The notes under the pieces were generated by a model. The model did not search any database. It had not been told where the DNA came from and worked only from the letters and a program-made list of their open reading frames with translations. 64,000 nt of DNA from Zygnema circumcarinatum SAG 698-1b (lineage: Eukaryota; Plantae; Zygnematophyceae). The DNA lies in assembly GCA_037447605.1 (NCBI GenBank), contig CM074808.1:3410001-3474000 (forward strand). Direction: 5' to 3'. Position 1 is the stretch's first letter; every line of letters begins with the position of its first letter. The position numbers and the translations under genes were made by a program. Shown in pieces: positions 49,061-61,427 of the stretch.

Positions 49061-49217
49061 GATTGTAGCCACCCCATTCGAGGTCATGACAAACAGGGAA
49101 TCGCCAGATCCCGGAGTAGGAGTGACATTCACTCTAGCCTGCCCCCAAAACGCTCTCCAGCCATTGCCAGGTGTTTCAAGTCCGGCCGCTACGGCGCTCT
49201 GCCAAAGGTGCAGGCAA
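49061..49217 (-). ncRNA. Candidate H/ACA snoRNA; 3' pocket complementary to 18S UUCGA-UU-CCGGAG
   Basis: Two hairpins (GCCTGC/GCAGGC; GTCACTCC/GGGGTGGC), ACA 3 nt from the end, pocket 15 nt from ACA; the H box AGAGTGA is non-canonical. Confidence 0.55.
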
Positions 49218-49587
49218 ATTTTCGTAGTCGCTGCAAGTAGAAAATAACATCCACATAATGCAACTTCATGCAGTCTAGTCAAGTAGACTAAGTGAAAACC
49301 TCACCTCCCTTCGCTACTCAGAGGACATCCTTTCTAACGGGAAAACCACTTGCCGTCGAACAACAGACGGAATTGGTAGTTCCCATTACAATCATGTATC
49401 GGGCGCTATTTCCACTTCCATCAGATAGAGATCAACTACCTGCAGCAAACGAAAGGGCTATCGCATGGAATAAGCGGACAGTAAAGCAGTTAAAATTCAG
49501 ATCCAGAACCACTAGACTCCATAAGTGCACACCAGAGTTGGAGAATATCTAGTCTAAGCCAAATCATAAATTTGTTGCAACAAAAAT

Positions 49588-49730
49588 ACATGTACAGCAA
49601 GTGATTGTTAAAAAACTCATCCAGGTTATTAACCTGTACTCATAACTGCCCACTTGCCGGTGTACTCTTGCAGTCAGCCATTCAACGCATGCGCAATGAG
49701 TGGCGCAGAGTTGTACACACGGGACTGCAT
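49588..49730 (-). ncRNA. H/ACA snoRNA; 5' pocket targets 18S CCCUU[U]GUACACAC (U70/SNORA70-like site)
   Basis: Hairpin 1 GCAGTC/GACTGC with upper stems CAAC/GTTG and TGCGC/GCGCA; H box AGAGTA (49668-49663); hairpin 2 GCAAGTG/CACTTGC; ACA at 49593-49591; pocket 14 nt from the H box. Confidence 0.8.
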
Positions 49731-50300
49731 AAACAATCACTTAGAGAAGCCACCCACTTCTGCGTGAAAGTGACTATACTCATCCAAAACAAGCCTGACT
49801 GAACTGATGAACAATACACACACTATGGAGGAATATAAGGGTCGTTTTGTCTAACCCACTTGACTATCCTGCATGCACGTTACCAAAATAGCCATACCAA
49901 AGCTGCGAGACATGCCAGATCCCAATCATCAAATCAAGAGGCAGGTACCTGCATCAACAATCATCACATACACACCTCATCTCCTTTTCAGCTTCCAGCC
50001 TGCTGGGAGGCTGCAGCCGAACAGCCCACCAAGAAGCCAGCTCCATCTCCATGCCTGGCTAGGCTTTGCCAAGAATTCCTTCGGCAATCACCTACTGCAT
50101 CCACCACTTCTACGGCTTCACTTTCTTCTTTCCTTCCTGCAGTCAAAAGAGCTTGCCATCCCTTGCTTTATGTTCCAAGGTGCTGCAGCCAGCCAACCTG
50201 CCTCCAGCCGAAATTGCGGCGGCTCGCAGACTTTAAATTCTCCATATGGTGTCGACCATCCTGAAGCTGCTGCAGCAGGGTTCAGATCGAAGCTAAACAA

Positions 50301-50438
50301 CTACAGCTACAGCTACAGCCAAAGATACAGCCACAGCTACAGCCACAGCTTTTGCCATAGCTTATGATACAGCCACAGCTACAGCTTTTGCTACAGCTAC
50401 AGCGTGTGCTACAGCCGCAGATACAGCCACAGCTACAG
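50301..50438. repeat. Degenerate (ACAGCT/ACAGCC)n hexamer repeat
   Basis: Seen directly. Confidence 0.9.
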
Positions 50439-50899
50439 TGTCCTGGTATCGGCGTACCGAGCATATCGGTCAACGAGCGACTTCGCATACGCAATGCGAC
50501 GCGCGCCATTGGTCCATTCGACTGTGCGATGTCGCATGGCGGCCCCTCTCCCCCTACCTCTCTCTCTCCCTCGCGCAGCCCCGCATCGCTTTCTCTGACC
50601 GGCTCCCTCCCCATTGTCACTTGGCAGCTCCCTCTCTCTCTCGTCCCTTCTCTCCCCTCTGAGAGTGAGGGAGAAAGCCTGCCGTGAGAGGAGCAAAAGG
50701 GAGAGGTTGCTTTCTGTGTGTGCAGTGGTTACGAACAAAATATGTGCAAAAATGCAAGTTCTCAAGCACAGTCCCAACAAGCCACAAAAATACGATAGGC
50801 TTGTCACGACCTACAAAACCCAGAATTTTATTATAAGATAAGGGTCATGCCTGTACATAGCCACCGTGATGCAACCCTAACCCTAATTTTTCAGCCCCC

Positions 50900-50909
50900 N
50901 NNNNNNNNN
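50900..50909. other. Assembly gap (10 N) beside a poly-C run
   Basis: N run. Confidence 1.
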
Positions 50910-51148
50910 CCCCCCCCCCCCCCCCCCCCCCCCTCAACTTTAAAGGTTTCGAAACCAATCGAAGCAGTGGCGCTAAACCAAAAGCAGAAAATTGCACTCC
51001 CAATGGCTGTAGGAATTTATGCAGCTCACCCTCCCCATCCCATCTCCCATCTCCCATCCATGGTTGACCTAAATCCCCACCTCCACATATGGAGAGGAGC
51101 TTGACAGAATTGCGTCAATTATTCCCAGCCTTCTTCAATTTCCCCTTC

Positions 51149-51513
51149 CTATTTATGCCTGAGCCAAACCATTTCCAGCAGCAGTTGCCCCTGCTTCGCT
51201 TGGTTCAGCTGAAACACATCTCGTATTCGTTGGTTGTCAATCACGTCCTTCAGTTTGACCTCCACGTAGCCCAGCAGACGCCTCGTAGTCGTCAACAGAG
51301 TGATGGCGTCGTCGTGATGCCAAATTTCAACTCTCATTTTCGAATGAATCGGCGGTACACCAAACAAAAACTCAAACTCCTCATCCCACTGAGGATTGGT
51401 CATGTGCTGCACCACCTGCACAACAACCACCTCTCCTTTCCAACAGCCGTGAATTTCCAAAATGGATACGTTTCCGCGAAAGACCCAACAGGCATGCCCC
51501 TCCNNNNNNNNNN

Positions 51514-51544
<31 letters not shown>

Positions 51545-54500
51545 AACATGCCATAAAGAACAGCAGGCAGAAAAACCACACTCACCCTTGTTTTTCGAAC
51601 ATCGGAGCCTATAAAAATTTTGCAGAACGTCCGAATGTTTCCGTCTTTGTACGGCTCCAAGTTCATGCCTCTCCTAACAAAGACCTCCAGAAGTCCTGAC
51701 TCCACTCCCTGCGACGGCTGGGTAGAGAGAGCAGCTTTGGGCCCCCCTCCGGGAGGTCTGAGAGGCTCTTCAGACTGATCCTGAAAGAGCCGGAAAGTCA
51801 CTTCCAGCTCGAGCAGCCCCACATTGGTGATTTTGGAGAGCCTCCCTTTCGACCTCAGCTGCAGAGTCAGTCTCTGCATCAACCCGAAAAAGGAGAAAGG
51901 TTTTGGGATTCAGGGTACGAGGGATGCCGGAGCTTCAGATTTCATCGTTTTACAGGTGTTGAAGTTATTATGTTTGGGGGAAAAAACCCACCTTTGTATC
52001 GTTTGGTTGAAGGGTGTTCACTGCCAAGGAAGCAGTGCCCAACAGGCTGTCGCGGAACACTGCATCATAGTCCATGACCTGCATAACCTCGTACATGTGA
52101 AATACTGCATCCATGACATCATTTTGACCATCCATGACATCACCCTATATAGTCAACAACAATATTCAGAAACTCTTACAACAACTGGGCAGATGTTAAG
52201 CCTTTGTACTTTGTATTCCTTGGAATGTCTTCCTTACACCTGAACGGACTACGAAACAAACAGCATACGAATCCATGGATCGCCAGCACACTTCAAACTT
52301 TGAAAACCTCAAACTCCCCCACTTTGGGCTTACCCTGATTTGCAGCACATCTTTAGCAGGATCGTCGACTGCAAGCATGAGCTGCTCGCTCCAATATGGG
52401 TTACATGTGGACTCTTTGCTTGTGGTCCGTGCCGTTCGATTGTCATCCATAAATACCTGAAAGGGAGAATCAGATCATGAGACCTAAGGTCCTAGAACAC
52501 TTAGGAAAATAAAATATTTACAAAATCCTCCGATAACTTCCAAACCTTGAGAAGGTAGCTACTAAGCTTTCTAAGTTCTGGGATGCTCCATTTGATATTG
52601 TGAAAGAGCATATGTGCCCAACCGTACATTTAGGTAGTCGAAAAAAACTGTTTGAGAATTTTGAGAAAGTTTAGAGAACAGGTGTCCTGGAGCTGTCAGT
52701 TCAGACAAACGGATTGAAAAAGTCTTTCTCGCTTTGTTCCCAACTCAAATCTCAATCTTTCTCCTTCCATCACTAATTTCAGTGTCCTCTCGTATTCCTC
52801 TATCTCCCTCCCCCTACCTTTTTGCCCCTTTCCGCTCTCCTATGCTTTCTCTAACATGTCCAAGCTGAAGCAATACTTTAGAGATAAGGAAATTTCTTTG
52901 TAAATCCTGCAACTTCCGCTTGACTAGGGACATATTGAACCGAAGAAATGTCTCTCGACTTGGACATCCCCTTTTGCGTTCTTGACTTAGTTGTTTCTCA
53001 AGACATTGTCTCATTCATGGCTTCCGAGCAGTTACAAAATTTAACACTTGCCTGAGTTTTCCCACAGCGAGAAATGGACGTGAATGCAAAGATGCATACA
53101 GATGCCGAAGCCGATTGAAACATCGCTGAACCGACCGACCCACATGTTTCCAAACCTCCTTCAAAACTTTAACCTTTTGCATGGGAAAAAGGAAGGCGTC
53201 GAAAAGCACCTTCACGTAGGGTGCTGGAAGTCCGATCCCTTGGTAGGTGAGCCCCTGTGCGCGCACTACAAGCAGGGCCACAGTCCCGACCGCGTGTCGC
53301 GTCCCCTCGAGAGCCTCGTGCTGAAGGGGGAACAGAAAGTGGCGGGGCCATAGAAACCAGTCCGCCAGAATGCCGTGAACGATGCTCAGCACAAAGGGCT
53401 TAAGGCGAGGGATCATGAGGAGGTCAACGCCGCCAAGAGCCGTCACCTTAGCATCCACATAAGGCTGCACAGAGACAGGGAGGGGAGGGAGGAGGGAAGG
53501 GGCAGGGAGGGGAGGGAGGAGGAAAAGGGTGAGGGAGGGAGGCAGGGAGGGGAGGGAGGAGGGAGGGAGGGAGGGAGGGAGGAGGGAGGGAGGGAGGGAG
53601 GGAGGGAGGGAGGGAGGAGGGAGGGAGGGAGGGGAGGGAGGGAGGGAGGGAGGGAGGGAGGGAGGGAGGGAGGGAGGGAGGGAGGGAGGGAGGGAGGGAG
53701 GGAGGGAGGGAGGGAGGGAGGGAGGGAGGGAGGGAGGGAGGGAAGGAGGGAGGGAGGGAGGAGGGAGGGAGGGAGGGAGGGAGGGAGGGAGGGAGGGAGG
53801 GAGGGAGGGAGGGAGGGGAGGGAGGGAGGGAGGGGAGGGAGGGAGGAGGGAGGGAGGGAGGGAGGGAGGGAGGGAGGGAGGGAGGGAGGGAGGGAGGAGG
53901 GAGGGAGGGAGGGAGGGAGGGAGGGAGGGAGGGAGGGAGGGAGGAGGGAGGGAGGGAGGGAGGGAGGGAGGGAGGGAGGGAGGGAGGGAGGGAGGGAGGG
54001 AGGGAGGGAGGGAGGGAGGGAGGGAGGGAGGGAGGAGGGAGGGAGGGAGGAGGAGGAGGGAGGGAGGGAGGGAGGGAGGGAGGGAGGGAGGGAGGGAGGG
54101 AGGGAGGGAGGGAGGAGGGAGGAGGGAGGGAGGGAGGGAGGGAGGGAGGGAGGAGGGAGGGAGGGAGGGAGGGAGGGAGGGAGGGAGGGAGGAGGGAGGG
54201 AGAGGGAGGAGGGAGGAGGAGGAGGGAGGGGGAGAGAGAGAGAGGGAGAGAGGGAGAGAGGGAGAGAGGGAGAGGGAGAGGGAGAGAGGGAGAGAGGGAG
54301 AGAGGGAGAGAGGGAGAGAAGGAGAGGGAGAGAGGGAGAGAGGGAGAGGGAGAGAGGGAGAGGGAGAGAGGGAGAGAGGGAGAGAGGGAGAGAGGGAGAG
54401 AGGGAGAGAGGGAGAGAGGGAGAGAGAGGGAGAGAGGGAGAGAGGGAGAGAGGGAGAGAGAGGGAGAGAGGGAGAGAGGGAGAGAGAGAAAGAGGGAGAG

Positions 54501-57097
54501 AGGGAGAGAGGGAGAGGGAGAGAGGGAGAGGGAGAGAGGGAGAGAGGGAGAGAGGGAGAGAGGGAGAGAAGGAGAGAGGGAGAGAGGGAGAGAGGGAGAG
54601 AGGGAGAGAGGGAGAGAGGGAGAGAGGGAGAGAGGGAGAGGGAGAGAGGGAGAGGGAGAGGGAGAGAGGGAGAGGGAGAGAGAGAGAGAGAGAGAGAAAA
54701 AGGAGAGGGAGAGAGGGAAAGAGCCGTTGCTGCGAGTGAGAGAGAGAAAGAGGGAGAGCAGGGCGAGGGAGGGTCAAGATTGGAAAGTTCGTCCAAACTT
54801 GAAGGTGAATGCGTACACGCGTACCTTGTCCATGAGTGAGACTCTCACTCCTGCGAAGCAAGGAAACTGCGCAGTGAGGGGCGTGAAAGTAATTCGACAT
54901 AGTCCCGTTACATGCACTTCAGAAATTTGTGCCACGGTGACTCCGCCAAACGCTCCCACTTCACATACGAGACTTGCATTGGTGGCAAACTTGACAGTCG
55001 TCTCAATGATGCACTCGTCTCCCAGCGTTTCCACTGCCTACAGCACTACAGCAGTGCACACCGCTTTGAGTGGTGGGATGACAATGGCTCAGCAGGCTAA
55101 TCATAGTGCATAGATTTTGTCGACTAAGGCAGCTACTGCTCGCTAGTAACACCTTTAGCTGGATTCATAAAGTCACTCAGAGCAGTCAGCTCTCATCTTG
55201 AGACCGATAAAAGCTTGCAATAGAGCTTTCTAAATCTGGCGGACATTGAGCATGCGTCAGGGTCTATCACAACAAGGACTACCAAATGTTTTTCATGTTT
55301 AGCACGACAAAGACTTGAAGATGAGGTAATAAGAGCTATCAATTCACAAGCGTCCTAATTGCTGAAATACGGGTTTCCAGCATGCTCTATGTCACCCAGT
55401 CGCTCACATTTCTTGATAAACTCTCTACAATGAAGTGCCCCCTTACAATATAGATGAGTACAATCAATTGAAAGCACCAAAACTTGGCTCAGCAATTTTC
55501 TACTCATTATCGGAGTGCATTAAAATGTTGAACTGAAAGAGTGCACCAAAAAGGAGTATGCAATGTAAGGAGATTGCCTTTTCCAATGCAACGTGTATAG
55601 GTTCCTTACGTTCGATACATCTGCGGACATCACAGCAAAAGCAGTGAATTCTACATCTCAAGTTCAGGGAGGGGACTTTCACAACGAGGAGAGAGAAACT
55701 GATGTGAAAGAACGGCGAGAAGGACGCACCTTTACCGAGTCAAATGTTGGTGGAAAGTTTCCGAGTGACATGCTGCAGAACTTCACACTCATACCGCACT
55801 CCACAAACTTCTCCTTTACAAACTGGTTGTACATGATTACAGAAAGGAGAACAAAAAACGAAAAACCGTGGCAGAAAGCCATCAATCTGCTGTTTGCTCT
55901 GGAACAATAATAGTGCTCAGGAGCACAGTACGTAGAGAACTCAGTAAATTTCATGCAAGGCAGCCAGCTGAACTGCTAACCTGCACTTTTAGAAAAGCTA
56001 TTCGAAAAGTCTGATTATTTTATTCTACTCGGCAAAATTTCATAACATGTAAAAGCGATGAGTGGTTGTTCTTAAACTGTTCTGCAGATTGAGGTTTCTA
56101 GTCCTTACAGGCCAAACGTTCTTCTTGAACACGTCAACAGCTGCCACGTTGATGTGAGGCCAAGCCTCGGCTAACATGGTATTGATCCAGCCCACCCTTT
56201 CGAGCCCCGGACTCTTCACCCATTCAGGCACATGCTGAAGCAGACGATGCAGCGTTTCCTCATCAGAAATGTCAGCAATTCTTGTCACCTGACAAGTTCC
56301 ACAAGGGGAAGGGCTATTTTAGCTTTTCAGGCTATCTACAAGCACAGCGTTAGCGAATCGTCTGTTTAGAGAAATATTTTGATTATCCCACCAGGCAGTC
56401 CATGAACGTAAAAATCCTAACTAACGTGAGTTGTTCAGTATTGAGAAACAGCATTCAAGGCAACTCTTACATGTCTCTTTTCATTTGTTCCCCTGAGAAA
56501 CAACAGATCATTAGGTAAAGGGTCTTGCAGTTAGCCTAAAGGCTTGCTGGAGGGAAACCTGAGAAATGCATTAAAAGACACATAGTATAAAGCGCGCAAA
56601 CTTAAAACAAGTTCGCTGCGCTTTCCAAATCCAGCTGAAAACTAGCAGATTACCTCTGGCACTTGGATTTCCAAACTTCTCCGCATGCTCAGCACAAGTG
56701 AAGCTGCAGCGAGGCCTGCCCCTATCCCTATTCCATACCCAACGACCTCCACTACAAGCTTCAGAACAAGCTTCCCAACAACTTGCAGCCACCTGATTCC
56801 ACCTCTCCTCCCTTCTTCCCTCTCTTCTCGACCGTCCCTCCTCATGGAAATGGCTCCACCTGCTCCGCTGTACCCAACCCCTGTCTGAATCCGGAAGCCC
56901 TTTCCGGTTCCTCCACTCGAAGCCCACCCATGAGGTCCCGCCATTCCGACCACCCCTCCTCCTCCTTCTCCTCCTCCACCTCCTCCTCCCACTGTCGTAA
57001 TGTCGGGGCCCGAAGGACCAAACCTCCCTCGTCTCTGCTGAATCTCATGCTTCCTCCTTTCCTCTGACTTGCCGCTCCCCCTCCCCAGGGGGGCCAA
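51149..57097 (-). CDS. SYT: Plant synaptotagmin (TM-SMP-C2-C2), about 647 aa; exons 57097-56654, 56288-56109, 55822-55736, 55037-54825, 53464-53210, 52456-52334, 52078-51992, 51873-51586, 51415-51149
   Basis: [14 protein letters not shown]; [28 protein letters not shown]; C2 motifs [27 protein letters not shown]. The start codon is uncertain. Confidence 0.88.
51504..51513. other. Assembly gap (10 N) beside a poly-C run, inside the last SYT intron
   Basis: N run. Confidence 1.
53477..54723 (+). repeat. 1.25-kb polypurine tract: (GGGA)n to about 54230, then (GAGAGG/GAGAGAGG)n, in a SYT intron
   Basis: No pyrimidine seen on the + strand from 53544 to 54723. Confidence 0.97.
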
Positions 57098-58577
57098 AGG
57101 GGGAGGATTTCCAGCCAGCCAGCCGTCTACTTGTGCACGGGGGCAACCCTAATCCTACTCTCTATCCTCCCTCCCCATGCTGTTTCAGCGCCAACCCAAT
57201 AAACAATTCGTCCCTTCCTTCCTCGCTCTCTCCACCCCTCCTCCCACCCTCCCTCCCTCCCTCCCACCTTTCCTCTCTCCCTCCCTACCCCCTCACTCTC
57301 TCCCTCTCCCTATCTCATGGATTCGAGCTGCATCCAGCCATCCATGGCACCTGCACCCGCGACGCCCCCCGTGCAAAACGGCCATGCTCACAACGCGCTG
57401 ACACGCAGAAATTTGGACAACTTTTCAGAACAAATTTCAGAAGGTGTCCCCTGTCACCTCCGTACATTACCGTACCAAAAAAGTACGAAAATGTACGAAC
57501 TGTGAAGGACGGTTACATGACGTCCAGCAAAATAAGTGTAACTTTAACTGAAACTGGAACTACAGAGCTCATGTGTCGTCATTGAGAGGCCAGGGGCTAG
57601 AGGCTGGAGGCTGGAGGCTGGCTTTCATGGGGTCCTCTGTGAGCGATTCTTCGTGGTTCTCCATGTTGTTGCTTGTTATCCATGTACATTTGATGGCATG
57701 GCAATCGTGAGACCAATGCAAATTTCACTTCTTTTCGAATATACAAGGGAAGAGCAAACAAACAAATTAAAGTCTAGCCACAAAGCCGCCCGAAGCTGCA
57801 CTGCTATCGTAGTGGTCGACTACCCCCCGAATCCCGCCGGCCTCTCCACCAGCTTCAAGTTGGTTCGCACATGTGGATACCTTCAAAAGGATTCGTCAGA
57901 AACTTTGAGTAGGGCTGGGTTTTTCAGCGTTGCAAAGTAACTGGGAACCAATTTGAAACATGAGAAACGCATCCTAAGTAAAGGCCGCGGTCGTCCAGTA
58001 CAACACATTGTAGCGAGAGGAACCAAAACCTTCGTTTCTGTTTCGTGGCTTTGCTGAAGACGAGGACGGAAATCCTGAATTAGCGTATTGCGGCTGCTAT
58101 GAGAGGTACAAGCCAACTGTTTCTTGGCACGTTTTTTACAGTAGTCGCGGCAGTATTCCCAACCGATTACCATCACAGGGGAGGCAACAAACGTTGGACA
58201 GAAAAAACCCGCAATCGATTGGAATTGGAGGAAAATGAGAAAGGTACAACCAAGGAGTGAAACCCTAAAAAACCTCTCACCACGTTAACCTCGTCTGCCC
58301 TACCGACCGACCAAACCTTCCAACCTTCCCCTATGTTCTAGTTGACACAAATAAGCAATACGAAGGCCTAAGATTCACATGCCGCATGCTTACGCATGTA
58401 CTATGTAACATAATACGAAACTGAACGGCTGCAAGGAAACAAAGGTCACTACCGTTTCAGCTAACAAAATTGGGTCTGATTGTGTGGATGAAAGTTTCAA
58501 CAGAACCAAGCGTCTGTTGCAGCTCACCTTAGGCTGTGCCTGCCCAAGCACAGACTATATTCCCTGATCTGAAACAC

Positions 58578-61427
58578 TTAGGCTGTGAAAGTGGGGGGCG
58601 TAGTTTCAGGAGTGAAGTATTCACGGACTTCATCAGCCGAGCAAAAGCGCACCTGTCCAACCATGCCATAAATGCCGTGAAGACCGATACCCGCCGTTGC
58701 TTTAATAAGGATATCATGAAAGGTATCCTTCTGCTTAGCTTGTCTGCAAAGCAACAAACATTATAGGAGCAACGGAAGGACGAGCAAAATGGACTGAGAT
58801 AAATGAGAGAAGAAAGTACCAGTTTTGAGTATTTTTTTAGCATCGGTTTCACCAACGTCCAACCCGCTTGAAATATCGGAGGGGCGTCCACAAAGAGCAC
58901 CTCTCCGAGTCTCTTTGGGTAATAATTGAAGAACAAGTCAATCTGCTCAAGTCATATAGTCATGAAACTTGGAACAGAATAATCAGAAATGGAATTAGGC
59001 AGCTTCACTAAGATAATTCTCCCGGTTGGGTTATTCCTCAGCACCCACTAGTAATCGCTTGAACATCATCCGTTTTGAGTGATGCATGAAAGTTAAAAAT
59101 AGTTCGCTTTTGGAACTTACAAAAAAGTGCACAAACTTCCAGTCGGTGTTTTTGGATGTGAAGCCTCGAAGATCGAATATTCCCAAAATCTTGTCATGAT
59201 TGGGTGGCAGCCTCTGAATGGCCTGCTCAAGGAGATATACACATAGTCGAAAAGTCGGGCCAGGATCATCCTGGCCATGCAAACCCACCCTTTGTCAGAG
59301 GAGGAAGTGAAAGGACACTCGCGATTCTTCCTACAGCTCCAATACATAAAGTTGTCAGAATGTTCTGAGATGTTTCAGGGCCTTCATTGGCCTCCATTTG
59401 CGTGATGATCTTTGAATGATCCTTGAAGTGTCCCTTCAGTCGTTCTGGAGGTTTAACGTGAATTGGTTGGTGTTCGTTTATCTGTCCTTTGGGCACTGGA
59501 AATCTTCGACGGTCCGAATTTAGAGATGCTTGGCTGTCCGCGAGCACCTTTGCAAAATGGAGAGCGGCATTGACGATGATGACGGGTCGCCCTGTCCGGT
59601 CAGGATGCGAGGTCAGATATGCGGTGCGGGTCTCGCTGGCCACCTCGGCTATAACCTCTACCTGCAACTCCGATCGCCATTGCTGCCAGCGTTCTGTCCA
59701 GTCAAGGAAAACACTGACAAGCAGATACTCTACGAATCATGGAAACCCAAGTGCAGGAGGAAGTAAAGGAAATATGCCTCCATCTGCTGCTCTAACACGG
59801 GGGCACTACTTTGACGAGGCAAAGACGACAAGTATGGAAAGATTAGAGAGAGGAGAAGCAGTACAGACATTGTCATGTGTTCCTTGCATTAGGAATCGAA
59901 AGCGCAGAGTGGGACACACGACTTCTGCTGCATGCACCGAACAGAAGCAGCAGAGGGACCGAGACCGAAAGGCTGAGGATGGGCTTCCCTAGTAACCTCC
60001 TTGTCAAAAACAACGTAGTTTGTTTTTGTCCCAAAATTGACTCATTCAGGGCACGCATATGTGCAGGATTAGGAAGATTTGCTCCGGATACAATCGCCTT
60101 TGCCACCTTTGTGACTGCATCATCGACTTTGAATTTCCGGTCCTTCAAAAACCAAAGGAGGAGGGCCTCATCATCTCGGCCGTGGAGACCAACGGGAAGG
60201 TCAGCATGTGCTGTTGCCAGCTGTACCTTCATTTCCTCCACCAGCTGGCAACACCAACCGTGCCACATCAAACCACATATGGTAAAGACGCTCAGTTCAT
60301 ATTCGTGTATTGCAAGTTCGAACAGCTCTTTCAGTTACAGGGGTGCTCAGATGATCTACCAAAATCGTGTTTGCTACCTAAGATTGCGTCAAGATTATCC
60401 ACTCCCCTTTGCAGGAGGAAGTCTTTGTCTTCCTATTTCGAGGTTTCAGAATCAAGCAGATTTACCTTCTGCTGTTCTTCCACAGATGGCAGCTGTACAG
60501 CAACTTGTGCTGCCATAGCCCTTGTGTACGTCCTCCGCCGCGGTTGCAAGCTATGCTTAATCGGCAGCTGTCGTCGCCCTGCTTTGCCACATGTTTCAAT
60601 CATAGCAACGCTCAATTGAGAACGTCAACTGCTTCTCCGCTAGTCAGTGGACTCATTCACTATAACACTACATTTTGTGGCGTAGATATTCCTTAAAAAA
60701 TAGACCTTCCTGACCTGGCAGCCTAATGCGTAGTAGGCTTCAAGTACATGCTGTTCAAAGTTGTAGGTGGGAAGAAGAGAAAGGAGCGAGTGTAAGCAAC
60801 TGAAGAGGCTGAAGGAGGAAAGGGAACAACACTAAGAAAGAGGGAAATGAATGAAAGAGGACAGAACGAAAAACAGAGCTGGATGAGTAAAAAATGAGAG
60901 AGATAGAGAGCAGAGAAAAATATGTTGCAGGAGCAAGGGACGAGAGCGAAATGGAGAGATACGAAGAACTGAATGAGAGAAAACACCGCAAGGCAGCAAA
61001 ACGACGCAGAAATAGAAATAAGAGGGAGGGAGATAGAAGCATAATGCTGAGCGAAGAGAGGAGACAGCCAGAAGCAGCTCAACATCACAGTGCTTCTACC
61101 AATGAGCTGCAACCAGCTGGCGCTCTGCTTAACTAGTCACTAATGTAGCAAACTCCTTGAAGATTCTCGGCCTCTTGAATGAGCTACGACTGGTACCATG
61201 GCGCAGCAGAAAAATGAAACGACAAAGGAAAGGAATGAAATAAAACTGCCGTAAAAAAGAAACTGCATTCCGGAAGCTCCCAAAGTCACACCTTCAAAGC
61301 CGCCATGCAGGCCAGCTGCAAGAGAAAGGGCCTCCCCTGAACGCCGGGAGCAGCCATGCGCCGCCAGCGGTCCAGCAAGGGCACCATAAGATGCTATGCC
61401 GGTAGGGAGAACAGCCATGGCCGCCAT
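58578..61427 (-). CDS. CPSFL1: Chloroplast Sec14/CRAL-TRIO protein of the CPSFL1 type; exons include 60244-60092, 59682-59548, 59270-59121, 58942-58820, 58652-58578; the 5' exon junction is uncertain
   Basis: [55 protein letters not shown] and [13 protein letters not shown] match Arabidopsis CPSFL1 as recalled; transit-peptide-like exon 1. Confidence 0.88.

Larger units (their letters stand above)
46870..50600 (-). ncRNA. Putative spliced non-coding snoRNA host transcript (boundaries uncertain)
   Basis: Strong donors at 49975 (AG/GTGTGT), 49302 (AG/GTGAGG) and 48877 (GG/GTAAGT), acceptors near 49443, 48948 and 48182. The candidate exons give no sustained ORF. Double telo-box at 50873-50886 upstream. 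Confidence 0.55.

Noticed and set aside
53015-54900. Long ORFs of 436-593 aa (PPSL, GREG, SLSP repeats)
   Set aside because: They are translations of the GA microsatellite inside a SYT intron; only the ends overlap real exons.
58051-58085. Hammerhead-like CTGAAGA...GAAA core (also CTGAAGA near 31199)
   Set aside because: Stem II is only 2 bp with the wrong closing pair, and no stem III with a cleavage triplet forms.
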